NCBI GenBank assembly: GCA_051251855.1
Contig: JBPOGI010000002.1
Coordinates: forward strand, 480,001-544,000
DNA from: Roseibacillus sp.
Lineage (GTDB): Bacteria; Verrucomicrobiota; Verrucomicrobiia; Verrucomicrobiales; Akkermansiaceae
Direction of reading: 5' to 3'
Length of the DNA: 64,000 nt
How positions within the stretch are numbered: the stretch's first letter is position 1; every line of letters starts with the position of its first letter. The position numbers and the translations under genes were made by a program. The notes under the pieces were generated by a model that was not told where the DNA came from, made no database searches, and saw only the letters and a list, made by a program, of their open reading frames with translations. Positions 36,708-51,097 of this stretch are shown here, one piece after another.

Positions 36708-38792
36708 TTAATGAGGACTGTAGAGACTTTCGCCTATTTTTCGGCTTGCCTCGATGAGCTCGGGATAGGGCGTGTCGGCGGTATCGGTGAAGCCGATTTG
36801 GTAGTTTTCGCCGTCCCATTGACGACCGGTGGTGGGGGAGTCGCAATATTGGAACCAGTGGCACCCGACAATGTTGGGGTGGGCGAGGCTGTCGGTGACG
36901 TACTGGGTGAAGGCTTGCGCGCGTTCGGTCTGGTTCGCGACCGGAACGAGGCCGGTGTGGAGGAGACCGCGGTCGAGGGCACCGAAGTGAAACTCGCCAA
37001 TGATGATGGGCTTGTTGCCTGCGAGGTCGAAGGTAGGGAGCGCTTCGCCAAGATAGCGAACGTAGGCATTGAAGCTAACGACGTCACAGCGACGGGCGCA
37101 GGCTTGCACGGCTTGATAATTGGCGGCGTTCTTCATGAAGCGGCACCCGAGGTAGAGATGGTTGGGAGCGTGCTTGTCGAGGGCTTCGTCGATGGAGCGG
37201 AAGTATTTGTTGGCGATTTTTGCGACAAAGGTTTCCAAGTCGACGCGCGCAGGTTCAATGGCGGGTGGGGTGGTGCTTTCGGCCAGGGCTTCCCACGAGG
37301 GATGGTCGGTTTGCCAAGCGGTGTTGAGGTGGGCGATGTCGGGGTATTTCCTTTGAAGGTCGGCGAGGAAGACCTTCTTGGCGGTTTGGGTCGCTGGGCT
37401 CTTAAGAGTGCCGAGGGCGAGTTCGGTGGTGTCTCCCCAGGAGAGCTCGTTGTCGACAAAGTAGCCAATCAGCCACGGGTCTTTGGGGCGGCCCATTTTC
37501 GTTTCGCGAAGAAGAAGGCGTTCGAGGCTGGCTTCGAAGTCAGGATGAAAGACGTCGAGGAAGGGGCCCCAATAGCCTGAGGAGCCTTCGATGATGGGGC
37601 CTTCGGGTTTTAAGAAGGCGACGTAGGGAGTTTTTCGCAAAGGAAAGAGCTTGGGGTTGGACCAGCAGCCGAGGGTGTTGATGCCCCAATTCGGAAGGCG
37701 TCGCGCGGAAGTGTCGAGAAACTTGCGTTCCCAATCCTCGCCATACTTTCGCATGATGTTGTAGCGTTGAAATTGGAAGACGCGGCAGTTTTTGTTGTAG
37801 AAGTGGTAGCTGGGAAGGTTGGGGGTCCAACTGGAGTAGAAAGGATCGTGTTTGGAGTCGTACGGGGGAAGTTGCTCGAACCATTTTTCGCGTTCGGTGA
37901 TGATGGTGCCTGGTGAGAAGCCGACGTTATCGATGCCGAGGGAGAAGAAGGGTTTGCCTTCGGGGTCAATGAGGGTCCACTTGTCTAGATGGTTGGCAAC
38001 GCGGAAGAAACCGGTGGCTTCGTGTTGAAGGCCTTCTTGGTGACCGCCGTATTGATTCCACGAGGTAGGAGGGGAAATGGTGGCGAGGTCCATGGCTTCC
38101 TGGAGGGCTTGCACCTGCATTTGCTTTAAAGAGAGGGTTTTTCCGGGCCAGTCGCGGTGCTTGAATTGGCCGAACTGGTCAAGCAAGGGAAAGACTTCTC
38201 CTTGAGGTTCAGCTACTGTTTGCGGTTGCCCGGCAAGGGTCATGGGGCCGATCAGAAAGGCGCGGGGGACTTTGGATCCTTGGAGGAAAAACTTGAGGTG
38301 AGAGATGTGCTTGAGATGAAGCGAATGGGGGTCGAAGAAGGGGATGCCCATCATGCCTGCGAAATCCTTGGCGGATAGTTCTGAAGGTAAGGTGTGCTCG
38401 ACGAAGGGAACGGTGATGGTGCTGGATTGGCCAATCGCGAGGTCGACTTGAAACTGACGCTTGATGAGGCTGTTGGGTTTTCCGGGGAGTTGGCTTTCCA
38501 AGACGCAATAGATACGGGCCGGGTGGTGGCCGGAGTTGGTGATGGGGATGGTGAGTTGGCCGTGTTCGGAAAAGTCAAAACCGTCTTCGGGTGCGAAGGT
38601 GAGAAAGGGCCAGTCGTGGTCGGTGCCGACGGCCACGCGGAGAGAGGGGCCTGAACTACTATTGATGCAGTAGCTGGTGACGCCTTGCTGTTGGAGGTAG
38701 GGGAGGGAGGTGTTGGGCTCGAAGGAGGGAGCCTCTTTCATCTGGGCGAGAGCGAAGGAGGTTAAGGAGAAGAGAGGGAGGAGGAATCTCAT
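36708..38792 (-). CDS. GH50 family beta-agarase-like glycoside hydrolase
   Basis: Start MRFLLPLFSL; LLDQFGQF, TGFFRV..W.LIDPEG, WGINTLGCWS, PWLIGYFVDNELSWG, PNHLYLGCRF, IIGEFHFGALDRG, DGENYQIGF. Confidence 0.88.
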   Translation of the reverse strand: MRFLLPLFSLTSFALAQMKEAPSFEPNTSLPYLQQQGVTSYCINSSSGPSLRVAVGTDHDWPFLTFAPEDGFDFSEHGQLTIPITNSGHHPARIYCVLESQLPGKPNSLIKRQFQVDLAIGQSSTITVPFVEHTLPSELSAKDFAGMMGIPFFDPHSLHLKHISHLKFFLQGSKVPRAFLIGPMTLAGQPQTVAEPQGEVFPLLDQFGQFKHRDWPGKTLSLKQMQVQALQEAMDLATISPPTSWNQYGGHQEGLQHEATGFFRVANHLDKWTLIDPEGKPFFSLGIDNVGFSPGTIITEREKWFEQLPPYDSKHDPFYSSWTPNLPSYHFYNKNCRVFQFQRYNIMRKYGEDWERKFLDTSARRLPNWGINTLGCWSNPKLFPLRKTPYVAFLKPEGPIIEGSSGYWGPFLDVFHPDFEASLERLLLRETKMGRPKDPWLIGYFVDNELSWGDTTELALGTLKSPATQTAKKVFLADLQRKYPDIAHLNTAWQTDHPSWEALAESTTPPAIEPARVDLETFVAKIANKYFRSIDEALDKHAPNHLYLGCRFMKNAANYQAVQACARRCDVVSFNAYVRYLGEALPTFDLAGNKPIIIGEFHFGALDRGLLHTGLVPVANQTERAQAFTQYVTDSLAHPNIVGCHWFQYCDSPTTGRQWDGENYQIGFTDTADTPYPELIEASRKIGESLYSPH

Positions 38793-38838
38793 GAGATAGC
38801 GGCAAATGTCTTTAAAGGGTGAAAGGTTAACAAGGGAT

Positions 38839-38959
38839 ACTGGGAGCGCTGGTCTTTGACCGGCCCCACTGCCCGAACAAAAGCTTCGAGGTTGAACAAC
38901 CGGAACGGTGGGGCCCCGACTGTGTCGGGGGAACCCGGTCGCAGACCGGCGCTCCCAGT
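38839..38959. repeat. REP doublet, family C
   Basis: ACTGGGAGCGCTGGTCTTTGACCGG...CCGGTCGCAGACCGGCGCTCCCAGT as inverted arms, each itself palindromic, with internal hairpins. Confidence 0.75.
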
Positions 38960-38973
38960 GGACGCTCCTAGGC

Positions 38974-40464
38974 TTAGGCGAGCATTTCCTTAATGACGTG
39001 TCCGTGGACGTTGGTGAGGCGGCGTTCGAGGCCGTTGTGGTAGTAGCTGAGGCGCTCGTGGTCGAGACCCATGAGGTGGAGGATGGTGGCGTTGAAATCG
39101 TAGATTTCCTTCGGTTCCACGGCGGCTTTGAAGCCAAATTCGTCGCTTTCTCCAAAGCTGAAGCCCTTCTTGACGCCGGCTCCCGCGAGGAAGCAGGTGA
39201 AGGAGTCGGGGTTGTGGTCGCGGCCGGTGCCATTGCCCTGTAGGAAAGGCATGCGGCCGAATTCGGTGCACCAGACTACGAGGGTGTCTTCCATCAGGCC
39301 ACGCTGCTTGAGGTCGGCGATGAGGGCGGCGGTGGGTTGGTCCATGATTTCGGCCTGCATGGCGTGGGTCTTCTCGATTTCGGAGTGAGAGTCCCAGTTG
39401 GTGATACCGTTTCCTCCCGAGGGGTCGGAGCCGTTGAAGAGTTGGACCACGCGCACTCCTTTTTCTAACAGGCGGCGTGCGAGGATGCAGTTTTTGGCGT
39501 ATTCGCGCTTGAGGGTGGTGCCGCTGTCGGTTCCGTAGGCGGCGTGCACGGAGGCGGGTTCACTCTCGAGTTCCATCATTTCGGGGACGGAGGTTTGCAT
39601 CTTGCCGGCGAGTTCGTAGCTCGCAATGCGGGCGGCGAGGTCGTTGTCGCCGGGGTAGAGTTCGAGGTGATTGCTGTTGAGACGCTTGAGGACTTCGGCG
39701 GTGGCCTTGTCGTCAGCGTGGGTCATGGAAAGAGGGCGCGCGAGGTTGGCGGGAGGGTTCTTGGCGTTGAAATCGGTTCCTTGGAAGGAAGCGGGGAGGA
39801 AGCCGTTGCCGAAGTTGTTCTTACCCGAGCGCGCCAGACCACGCGGGTCGTTGATGGCGACAAAAGCGGGAAGGTCGGAGTTGAGAGAACCGAGCGCATA
39901 GGTGGCCCAGGAGCCAAAGGAGGGGAAGCCTTCCATGGTGAAGCCGGTGTTGAAAAAGTTCTCGCCTTGGGGGTGGGCGCTGGTCTGGGTGGTGAGGGAG
40001 TGGATGAAGCAGAAGTCGTCGACATGCTTGCCGAGATGAGGAAGAAGCTCAGAGGTCATCTTGCCCGACTGACCACGTGGCTTGAAGTCCCAGAAAGGCT
40101 TGGCGATGTTGCCGGTGGGGCCTTCGAAGGTGACTTCGGGAATGCCGGGAGGCTTTTGGCCGTGGTATTTGTAGAGAGCTGGTTTGTAGTCCCAGGTGTC
40201 GACATGACTGACGGCACCGGGGCAGTAGACGATGAGGACGCGCTTGGCTTTAGGTTCAAAGTGGGAAGGTCGAGGCGCGTAGGGTTGATCGGGATCGATG
40301 GCGGGTCGCACCGGAGGTTTGCCGGTGAAATTGAGCACGTCTTTCTCGGCGGCGAGGAGTTGAGCGAGTCCCAAGCCACCCAAGGTCAGGCCCGAGTTGC
40401 GCATGAAGTTCCGCCGGTTCAGGAGTTGGCGTCCTTGCGGGGAGATGTTTTCGGATTCGTTCAT
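38974..40464 (-). CDS. DUF1501 domain protein (Tat-exported)
   Basis: LNRRNFMR Tat motif; PKAKRV...GAVSHVDTWDYKP, PSFGSW..YALG, ARRLLEKGVRVVQ, WDSH, DLKQRGL.EDTLVVW.TEFGR.P, GRDHNP. Confidence 0.93.
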   Translation of the reverse strand: MNESENISPQGRQLLNRRNFMRNSGLTLGGLGLAQLLAAEKDVLNFTGKPPVRPAIDPDQPYAPRPSHFEPKAKRVLIVYCPGAVSHVDTWDYKPALYKYHGQKPPGIPEVTFEGPTGNIAKPFWDFKPRGQSGKMTSELLPHLGKHVDDFCFIHSLTTQTSAHPQGENFFNTGFTMEGFPSFGSWATYALGSLNSDLPAFVAINDPRGLARSGKNNFGNGFLPASFQGTDFNAKNPPANLARPLSMTHADDKATAEVLKRLNSNHLELYPGDNDLAARIASYELAGKMQTSVPEMMELESEPASVHAAYGTDSGTTLKREYAKNCILARRLLEKGVRVVQLFNGSDPSGGNGITNWDSHSEIEKTHAMQAEIMDQPTAALIADLKQRGLMEDTLVVWCTEFGRMPFLQGNGTGRDHNPDSFTCFLAGAGVKKGFSFGESDEFGFKAAVEPKEIYDFNATILHLMGLDHERLSYYHNGLERRLTNVHGHVIKEMLA

Positions 40465-42053
40465 GGTGCGATGATTTCGGTGAGGCGTTTGGAAAGTCTG
40501 GCGGCTACATCGGGATTCTCGGCGACCACGTTCTTTGTTTCGGTGGGGTCGCTTTGATGGTCGAAGAGTTCGGCGAAAATCGGGGGCGCGGCCTTGTCGC
40601 GGTGGTCGCGCCATTCCACGAGACGGTAACGAGGAGTGCGAAGGGTGTAACCCATCAGGTGATTCTCAAAGAGGTCGCGGTCCCACTTGTCGCCCATCTG
40701 AGCAATGATGCCGTCTTCCACTTCTTTAATAAGAGGACCGAAGAAGGTTTCGCGCATCTCGTCCGAGAGGGGATTGGCGGCCCACTCGCGCAAAGCGGGG
40801 TTGGGGAATTGGGAGACGGCGGGATGATTCCACTTCGCGGCGGGGTCCTCTAACAGAGGAGTGAGGCTACGACCTTCGAGGTGATCGGGAGTCGAGGTTT
40901 GGGTCAAATCGCAGAGGGTGGGGAAGATGTCGAGAAGCTCTACGGTAGCGCCGGAGCTGACTCCGGGTTCTTTCATGGCAGGCGTTCTGATGATGAAGGG
41001 AACGCGGGTTGAGATTTCGTAGTTGGTGGCTTTGCCCCAAATGCCCATCTCGCCTAAGTGCCAACCATGGTCTCCCCAAACGATGACGATGGTGTTGTCG
41101 GCGGCCCCGGACTCTTCGAGAGCAGCCAGCATTAAGCCCACCTGAGCATCGACGTAGCTGACGCAAGCGAGGTAGGCATGGAGAAGGGTTTTGCTGAGGT
41201 CTTCGTCGAAGTCGCCTTCCTTGGGAATACCCTGGCGGGTGCGAAGTTCGAAGGAGGCGTGCAGTCCCATGGTGGCTCCGCCTTGGGGAGGAGTTGATTG
41301 GGTTGAGAGGGGAAGGCTGTCGCGATCATAGAGGTCCCAATACTTTTTAGGGGCCACGAAGTTGAGATGAGGCTTCTTGAAACCGAGGGCGAGGAAGAAG
41401 GGTTTTTCGTCCTCGGCGACGATGTCTTTGAGAGCGGCAATCGCGCCGAGGGTGTTGTAGCCATCGCCGTAGACATGGTCTTCGACGTCGGCGCATTCGT
41501 AGGCGGGACCGCTGGAGAGGCCTCGCTTGGCGGCTTCGCCATACTTCTCAAACATCTCCTTGAACTGCTGGTTCCTGAGCTTGAGGTTTTCGGGCAGCGC
41601 GAATCCTTTGGGTTTGGGGAGGCCGAGTTTCTTGAAGGGAGCGGAGCGAGTCCATGCGCCGGCTTCGTCAGGATCGGTTCCTTGGTGGAAGATTTTTCCA
41701 GTGAAGACGGTTTCGTAACCATTGTCTTGAAAGTGCTGTGGGATGGTCAGCATGTCGGGGTTGAGATCCCGGAACTTGACGAAGTTGTGGGTGATGCCGT
41801 TGGTGTCGGGGCGTGTGCCGGAGAGCAGGCTGGTGCGCGAGGGATGGCAGATGGCCTGTTGGCAGTAAGCGCGTTCAAAGAGGCGGCCTTGGCTGGCCAG
41901 CTTGTCGAGATGGGGGGACTGGGCAACAGGAGAACCGTAGCAACCGAGCTCGGGGCGGAGGTCGTCGATGGCGATGAAGAGAATGTTGGGCTTCTTCTCG
42001 GCAAAAAGAGGAAGCGCGACGATGAGAGCGAAGAGAATCGGGAGTGTTTTCAT
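40461..42053 (-). CDS. Sulfatase (iduronate-2-sulfatase-like)
   Basis: KPNILFIAIDDLRP, AYCQQAICHPSRTSLLSG, GKIFH, GFKKPHL, WGDHGWHLGE, W.K; ATGA overlaps on both sides. Confidence 0.93.
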   Translation of the reverse strand: MKTLPILFALIVALPLFAEKKPNILFIAIDDLRPELGCYGSPVAQSPHLDKLASQGRLFERAYCQQAICHPSRTSLLSGTRPDTNGITHNFVKFRDLNPDMLTIPQHFQDNGYETVFTGKIFHQGTDPDEAGAWTRSAPFKKLGLPKPKGFALPENLKLRNQQFKEMFEKYGEAAKRGLSSGPAYECADVEDHVYGDGYNTLGAIAALKDIVAEDEKPFFLALGFKKPHLNFVAPKKYWDLYDRDSLPLSTQSTPPQGGATMGLHASFELRTRQGIPKEGDFDEDLSKTLLHAYLACVSYVDAQVGLMLAALEESGAADNTIVIVWGDHGWHLGEMGIWGKATNYEISTRVPFIIRTPAMKEPGVSSGATVELLDIFPTLCDLTQTSTPDHLEGRSLTPLLEDPAAKWNHPAVSQFPNPALREWAANPLSDEMRETFFGPLIKEVEDGIIAQMGDKWDRDLFENHLMGYTLRTPRYRLVEWRDHRDKAAPPIFAELFDHQSDPTETKNVVAENPDVAARLSKRLTEIIAP

Positions 42054-44806
42054 GGCAGGAAGGCAAACTCGTTAGAATTGATGAGGCTGCGGCAGACGAT
42101 GAGGAGTTCGAGGTCCTTGGTGACTTCGAGTTCATCGGCGGTTGGAGCGCGGGCTAGGAGAAGTTCAAAGGCGCGTTTGACTTGCGCTTCTTTGTCGTCA
42201 CCTGCTTCGGCGATGGCGCGGTCGGCGAGGTGTTGGGACTGGTCAATGACGAAGGGACTGTTCATCAAGTTGAGCGCTTGCAGCGGGGTGGTCGATACCG
42301 GGCGCTTGTCGCGAACTTGGCCGCAGTCGGGAAAGTCGAAGGCGGTGAAAATTTGGTCGTCTACGCGGCGCATGCGCTCTTGGTAGAGCATGCGACGCCA
42401 GGTTTGGGGGCCGTAGTTATCGACGACTTCCCATTGGGAGTAGGTCTTCTTGACGTTGTGAATCCGGAAGCTGCGGCCTCCGATGGTTTCATCGAGTTTG
42501 GCGGAGGCTTTAAGAATGCTATCGCGAATGACTTCGGCCTCCACGCGGCGGGGAGGAAAGCGCCAAAGGAAATAGGCTCCGGCGTCTTTGGTCATGGCGA
42601 CCGATTCGGGGGTGCTACTGCGTCGGAAGGCTTGGGTGTGGACGAGCATGCGGATGAGGTCTTTGATGGACCACGCTTGAGCGTCTTCGTTGGTGGGTTC
42701 GATGAATTCCGCAGCCAACCAGTCAAGGAGTTCGGGGTGAGAAGGGGGAGCGCCAGCGAGGCCGAAGTCGCTTCCGGTGGGGACGATGCCTGAGCCGAAG
42801 ATGTGATGCCAAACGCGGTTGACCATCACACGGGAGGTGAGAGGGTGTTCGGGTCGAACAAGCCATTGCGCATAGAGGAGGCGACGTTCGGATTCGGGAG
42901 TGTCGTTGTCCATGCCGAGTTCTCCCTTGAGGACTTCGAAGCCCGCCGGAGGGACGATGTCGCGTGGGGTTTCAGGGCTGCCGCGAAGGAGGACCTTGGT
43001 GACGACCGGTTTGATGAACTGGGCGATGAAGCTGTGCTGGGGTCCTTCTTCCTCGAGTTGCGTGAGAAGTTGCTGCAGTTCGTTCGAGGCTTTTTTCAGG
43101 TTTTGATTTTGATTGAGGCGACGTCGCGCGTCTTGGCTGCTGGCGATTTCACTCCAAGTGTCGTTTTCTTGGGGGACGAGGATGGTGATGGCGGGGAAGT
43201 AGCCCGTGTTCTTTTTCTCGAGGTAGTCGGTCTCGAAGTAGTATTCGCGATTGCTGCTGAAGTTGTAGCGATTGATTTCAACGGGCTCGGGGAAGCGGAT
43301 TTCTACCCAAGGTTTCTCTTGGGTCTCGGGGTGAGAGGTTCCTTTCCAAATGTTGGTGCCGTATTTGCCGTCGTTGGCCTTTTCGACTTCGCCGTTTGGC
43401 TTGACCATCAAAGGGTCGGTGACGAGTTGGGTGCCGTGCAAGGCGAGGGCGAGGTTTTTGGAAGGATTGTTGGGCCCGAAGATTTCGATTTCGTCGATGA
43501 AGACGTTCTTGGCTTGGAATTGGACTCGGATGCGGTCGGTTTTGGTGACGGGGAATCTCAATTCCGTGAATCCGCCTCGGTTTTCTTCCCAGACTTGGGC
43601 TTCCTCAGCCAATTGACGTCGCAGAGGCCAGATTTTCGAACGGATTTCCTTGGCGCGGACTTGCTTGGGATGGTCCTCATTGAATTCGGGGTAACGGCCT
43701 CCGAATTCGACTCCCTGCAAGATGGCGGAGAGCGAGTAATAGTCCTGAATGGTGATGGGGTCGAATTTGTGATTGTGGCACCGAGCGCAGCTGACCGTGA
43801 CGCCGAGAACGGAGGCCCCCAAGGTGTTGATCATCTCGTCGAGGCGGTCGGCGCGGGCTTGGCGCTTGGCCTCGGGTTGTTGGCCGACGGTGGCGGCAGG
43901 GACGTGGGGTCCGGCGACGAGGAATCCGGTGGCTTCGCCGACGCCGAGTTGGTCACCAGCGAGTTGTTCGGTGACGAATCGGTTGTAAGGTTTGTCTTCG
44001 TTGAAGGAGCGAATGAGGTAGTCGCGGTAGACGAAAGCGTTTTTGCGATAGAGGTTGGCTTCGGAGCCATTGGTCTCGGCCCAGCGAATGACATCGAGCC
44101 AGTGTTGGGCCCAGCGCTCGCCGAAATGATTGGAAGCGAGAAGGCGCTCGACGGCTTGGGAATAGGCTGCGTCGGGATTGGAGGCGAAGTGTTCCTGGAA
44201 GGATTCGATTTCCTCAAAGGTGGGCGGGAGTCCGGTGAGAGTGATGGCGAGACGGCGGAGGAGGGCCTCGGGTGCGGCGGGTTCGTTGGGGAAGAGTCCC
44301 TTTTCGGCGAGCTTGCGATTGAGGAAGGCGTCGACGGCTTGGGAAGTGTTAGAGAAACCATCGGGCACTGAGGGGCGCACGACGGGTTGGAACGACCAGT
44401 GGTCGGAGCCGTCATCGAGAGTGGCATCCATCTGCCCAGGCCAATCGGCCCCTTCTTCGATCCATTGTTTGATGAGGGCGACTTGTTCGGCACTCAGGGG
44501 GTCGCCTTTGGGGGGCATTTGATAGTCCGGATCCTTGGGCTCTTGAATGACCTCCATGAGGAAGCTTTTGTCAGGATGGCCGGGGACGATGCCTTTGAGT
44601 CCAGAGTCGCCTCCTTTGAGCATGACGGGGCGCTGATCGACCCGGAAACCGGACTTCACTTTATCCTCACCGTGACAATCGCTGCAGTTTTCCTCGAAAA
44701 TGGGCTCAATCTGGCTCTCGAAGTCAATGGGCTCTCCGCAAATGGAAGACGTTCCAACGCTGAACGCCAAGGCGATCCACGGGAGAAATTGAGAGGGACT
44801 GCGCAT
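42050..44806 (-). CDS. PSD1/planctomycete cytochrome c protein (DUF1549 + DUF1553) with inserted discoidin-like module
   Basis: CSDCH and CARCHNHKFDPI heme motifs, MPP, WIEEGA.WP, HWSFQP, GERWAQHWLD, HPLTSRVMVNRVW, PSHPELLDWLA, PLQALNLMN, NSNEF. Confidence 0.93.
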   Translation of the reverse strand: MRSPSQFLPWIALAFSVGTSSICGEPIDFESQIEPIFEENCSDCHGEDKVKSGFRVDQRPVMLKGGDSGLKGIVPGHPDKSFLMEVIQEPKDPDYQMPPKGDPLSAEQVALIKQWIEEGADWPGQMDATLDDGSDHWSFQPVVRPSVPDGFSNTSQAVDAFLNRKLAEKGLFPNEPAAPEALLRRLAITLTGLPPTFEEIESFQEHFASNPDAAYSQAVERLLASNHFGERWAQHWLDVIRWAETNGSEANLYRKNAFVYRDYLIRSFNEDKPYNRFVTEQLAGDQLGVGEATGFLVAGPHVPAATVGQQPEAKRQARADRLDEMINTLGASVLGVTVSCARCHNHKFDPITIQDYYSLSAILQGVEFGGRYPEFNEDHPKQVRAKEIRSKIWPLRRQLAEEAQVWEENRGGFTELRFPVTKTDRIRVQFQAKNVFIDEIEIFGPNNPSKNLALALHGTQLVTDPLMVKPNGEVEKANDGKYGTNIWKGTSHPETQEKPWVEIRFPEPVEINRYNFSSNREYYFETDYLEKKNTGYFPAITILVPQENDTWSEIASSQDARRRLNQNQNLKKASNELQQLLTQLEEEGPQHSFIAQFIKPVVTKVLLRGSPETPRDIVPPAGFEVLKGELGMDNDTPESERRLLYAQWLVRPEHPLTSRVMVNRVWHHIFGSGIVPTGSDFGLAGAPPSHPELLDWLAAEFIEPTNEDAQAWSIKDLIRMLVHTQAFRRSSTPESVAMTKDAGAYFLWRFPPRRVEAEVIRDSILKASAKLDETIGGRSFRIHNVKKTYSQWEVVDNYGPQTWRRMLYQERMRRVDDQIFTAFDFPDCGQVRDKRPVSTTPLQALNLMNSPFVIDQSQHLADRAIAEAGDDKEAQVKRAFELLLARAPTADELEVTKDLELLIVCRSLINSNEFAFLP

Positions 44807-44816
44807 CTAAAAGATT

Positions 44817-44843
44817 ACTGCCATTCCTCGGAAATACTATCGG
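44817..44843 (-). promoter_or_regulatory. Putative ECF promoter motif, copy B
   Basis: Minus strand CCGATAG-TATTTCC-N8-GCAGT, 10 nt before the ATG at 44806. Confidence 0.6.
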
Positions 44844-44877
44844 CTTTAAAGAGAAATTCTTTGGGGAAAAGGGGAAG

Positions 44878-49902
<5,025 letters not shown>

Positions 49903-49906
<4 letters not shown>

Positions 49907-50454
49907 GCTGTTTCTTCGGGGCTGAGAATTTTCTTTTCCACGCACTTTTGGAGTTGGGCGCGAAGGCGCTTGAGGCGCATGTAAAAAGCGGCGGCGGTGG
50001 AGCCGGATTCTTCGGCCATTTCCTTGACCTTGATTCCGGACGTGTAGGCCATGGTGAGGAACTTGCGTTGTTGTTCGGTCATGGTGCGGAGGCAGACTTC
50101 GAGGGCGCGATGTTCGGCGCTGCGTTCATCGATTTCGTTCATGCCTTCGGCGGCCATAAGGTCGAGGATGTCTTCGCGAAAGACGAGGCGATCGCGGGCG
50201 ATTTTTCGGCGGTAAGCGAGGGCTTCGAAGCGGGCAATGACGCAGGCCCATTTCATGAAGTGGGTCTCGGGGTCGTATTGGTCGAATTTTCGCCAAACAA
50301 CGAGAGCGGTTTGTTGGAGAACGTCGTCGGCGTCGGTTTGGGTGGGAAGGAGGGAGCGAATGAAGCGCCGGAGGTCGGGCTCGTGGGTGGTGAAGACCCT
50401 GACGAACTCCTCGTAGTGATCGGGGGATTCGGCTGCTGACGAGGTTTTTGACAT
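49903..50454 (-). CDS. ECF sigma factor, Rhodopirellula/Verrucomicrobium family (TIGR02989-like)
   Basis: F...FT.HEPDLRRFIRSLLP, ADDVLQQT...WRKF, F.KWA..IARFE, AL..CL, L.RLR..L.KCVE. Confidence 0.92.
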
Positions 50455-50466
50455 CTTCAAGATACT

Positions 50467-50493
50467 ACTGCTGCGGACGGGAAAAACTCACGG
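50467..50493 (-). promoter_or_regulatory. Putative ECF promoter motif, copy A (autoregulatory)
   Basis: Minus strand CCGTGAG-TTTTTCC-N8-GCAGT, 12 nt before the sigma ATG. Confidence 0.6.
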
Positions 50494-50563
50494 ACAGAGT
50501 TCGGCTGGGGCCATTTTTTGGTTGTTTGGCTAAACCTTTGCCTCATTTTGGGCATTGATAGAT

Positions 50564-51097
50564 ATGGAGGAGGCCGACGAAGATGAACAGGAGTTTGTAG
50601 CGCTCTTGACCGCCCATCAGGGGCCGCTGTTGGCGTATATCCGTTCGTTGATGCCGGGATTCTCGGGGGCGACCGATATTCTGCAGCAGGCGAATATCAT
50701 TTTGTGGCGTAAGCGGGAGACCTTTGAACTGGGAACGAATTTCAAGGCCTGGTCGTTCACGGTGGCGCGGAATATGGTTTTTACGCAGCGAAGAAAGCTG
50801 AAGAAGGATTCATGGCTGGTTTTTGATGAGGATTTGGCGGAACGGTTTGCGGAAGAGTTTGATGAAGACGATGAGAGTTTGGATCGGGCGCACCGAGCCT
50901 TGTCACAGTGCGTGACGAAGTTGCGGCCTCATGACTTGGAGCTTCTGCAAAAACGCTATGCGGAGAATGTGGGGCTGGACAACTACGCGAAAGATCTGAA
51001 TCGCAGTCCTGGCACGCTGAAAGCTCGTCTCTTTAAAATTCGGGCCAATCTTCGTCGTTGTATCGAGCGACAACTTGAGACCCCTGTGCAACAGTGA
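50564..51097 (+). CDS. ECF sigma factor, Rhodopirellula/Verrucomicrobium family (TIGR02989-like)
   Basis: FVALLTAHQ..LLAYIRSLMP, DILQQANIILWRK, GTNFKAW, AL.QC..KL, LFKIR..LRRCIE. Confidence 0.92.
   Translation: MEEADEDEQEFVALLTAHQGPLLAYIRSLMPGFSGATDILQQANIILWRKRETFELGTNFKAWSFTVARNMVFTQRRKLKKDSWLVFDEDLAERFAEEFDEDDESLDRAHRALSQCVTKLRPHDLELLQKRYAENVGLDNYAKDLNRSPGTLKARLFKIRANLRRCIERQLETPVQQ

Noticed and set aside
38793..39233. ORF-track N-terminal extension of the GH50 gene overlapping DUF1501
   Set aside because: It is an alternative frame of DUF1501 plus a REP; a clear signal peptide starts at 38792.
42803..44371. Long antisense ORFs (for example 42803-44371, 46075-47220, 26110-27072, 39544-40557)
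   Set aside because: They are shadows of GC-rich minus-strand genes, with biased composition and no family motifs.
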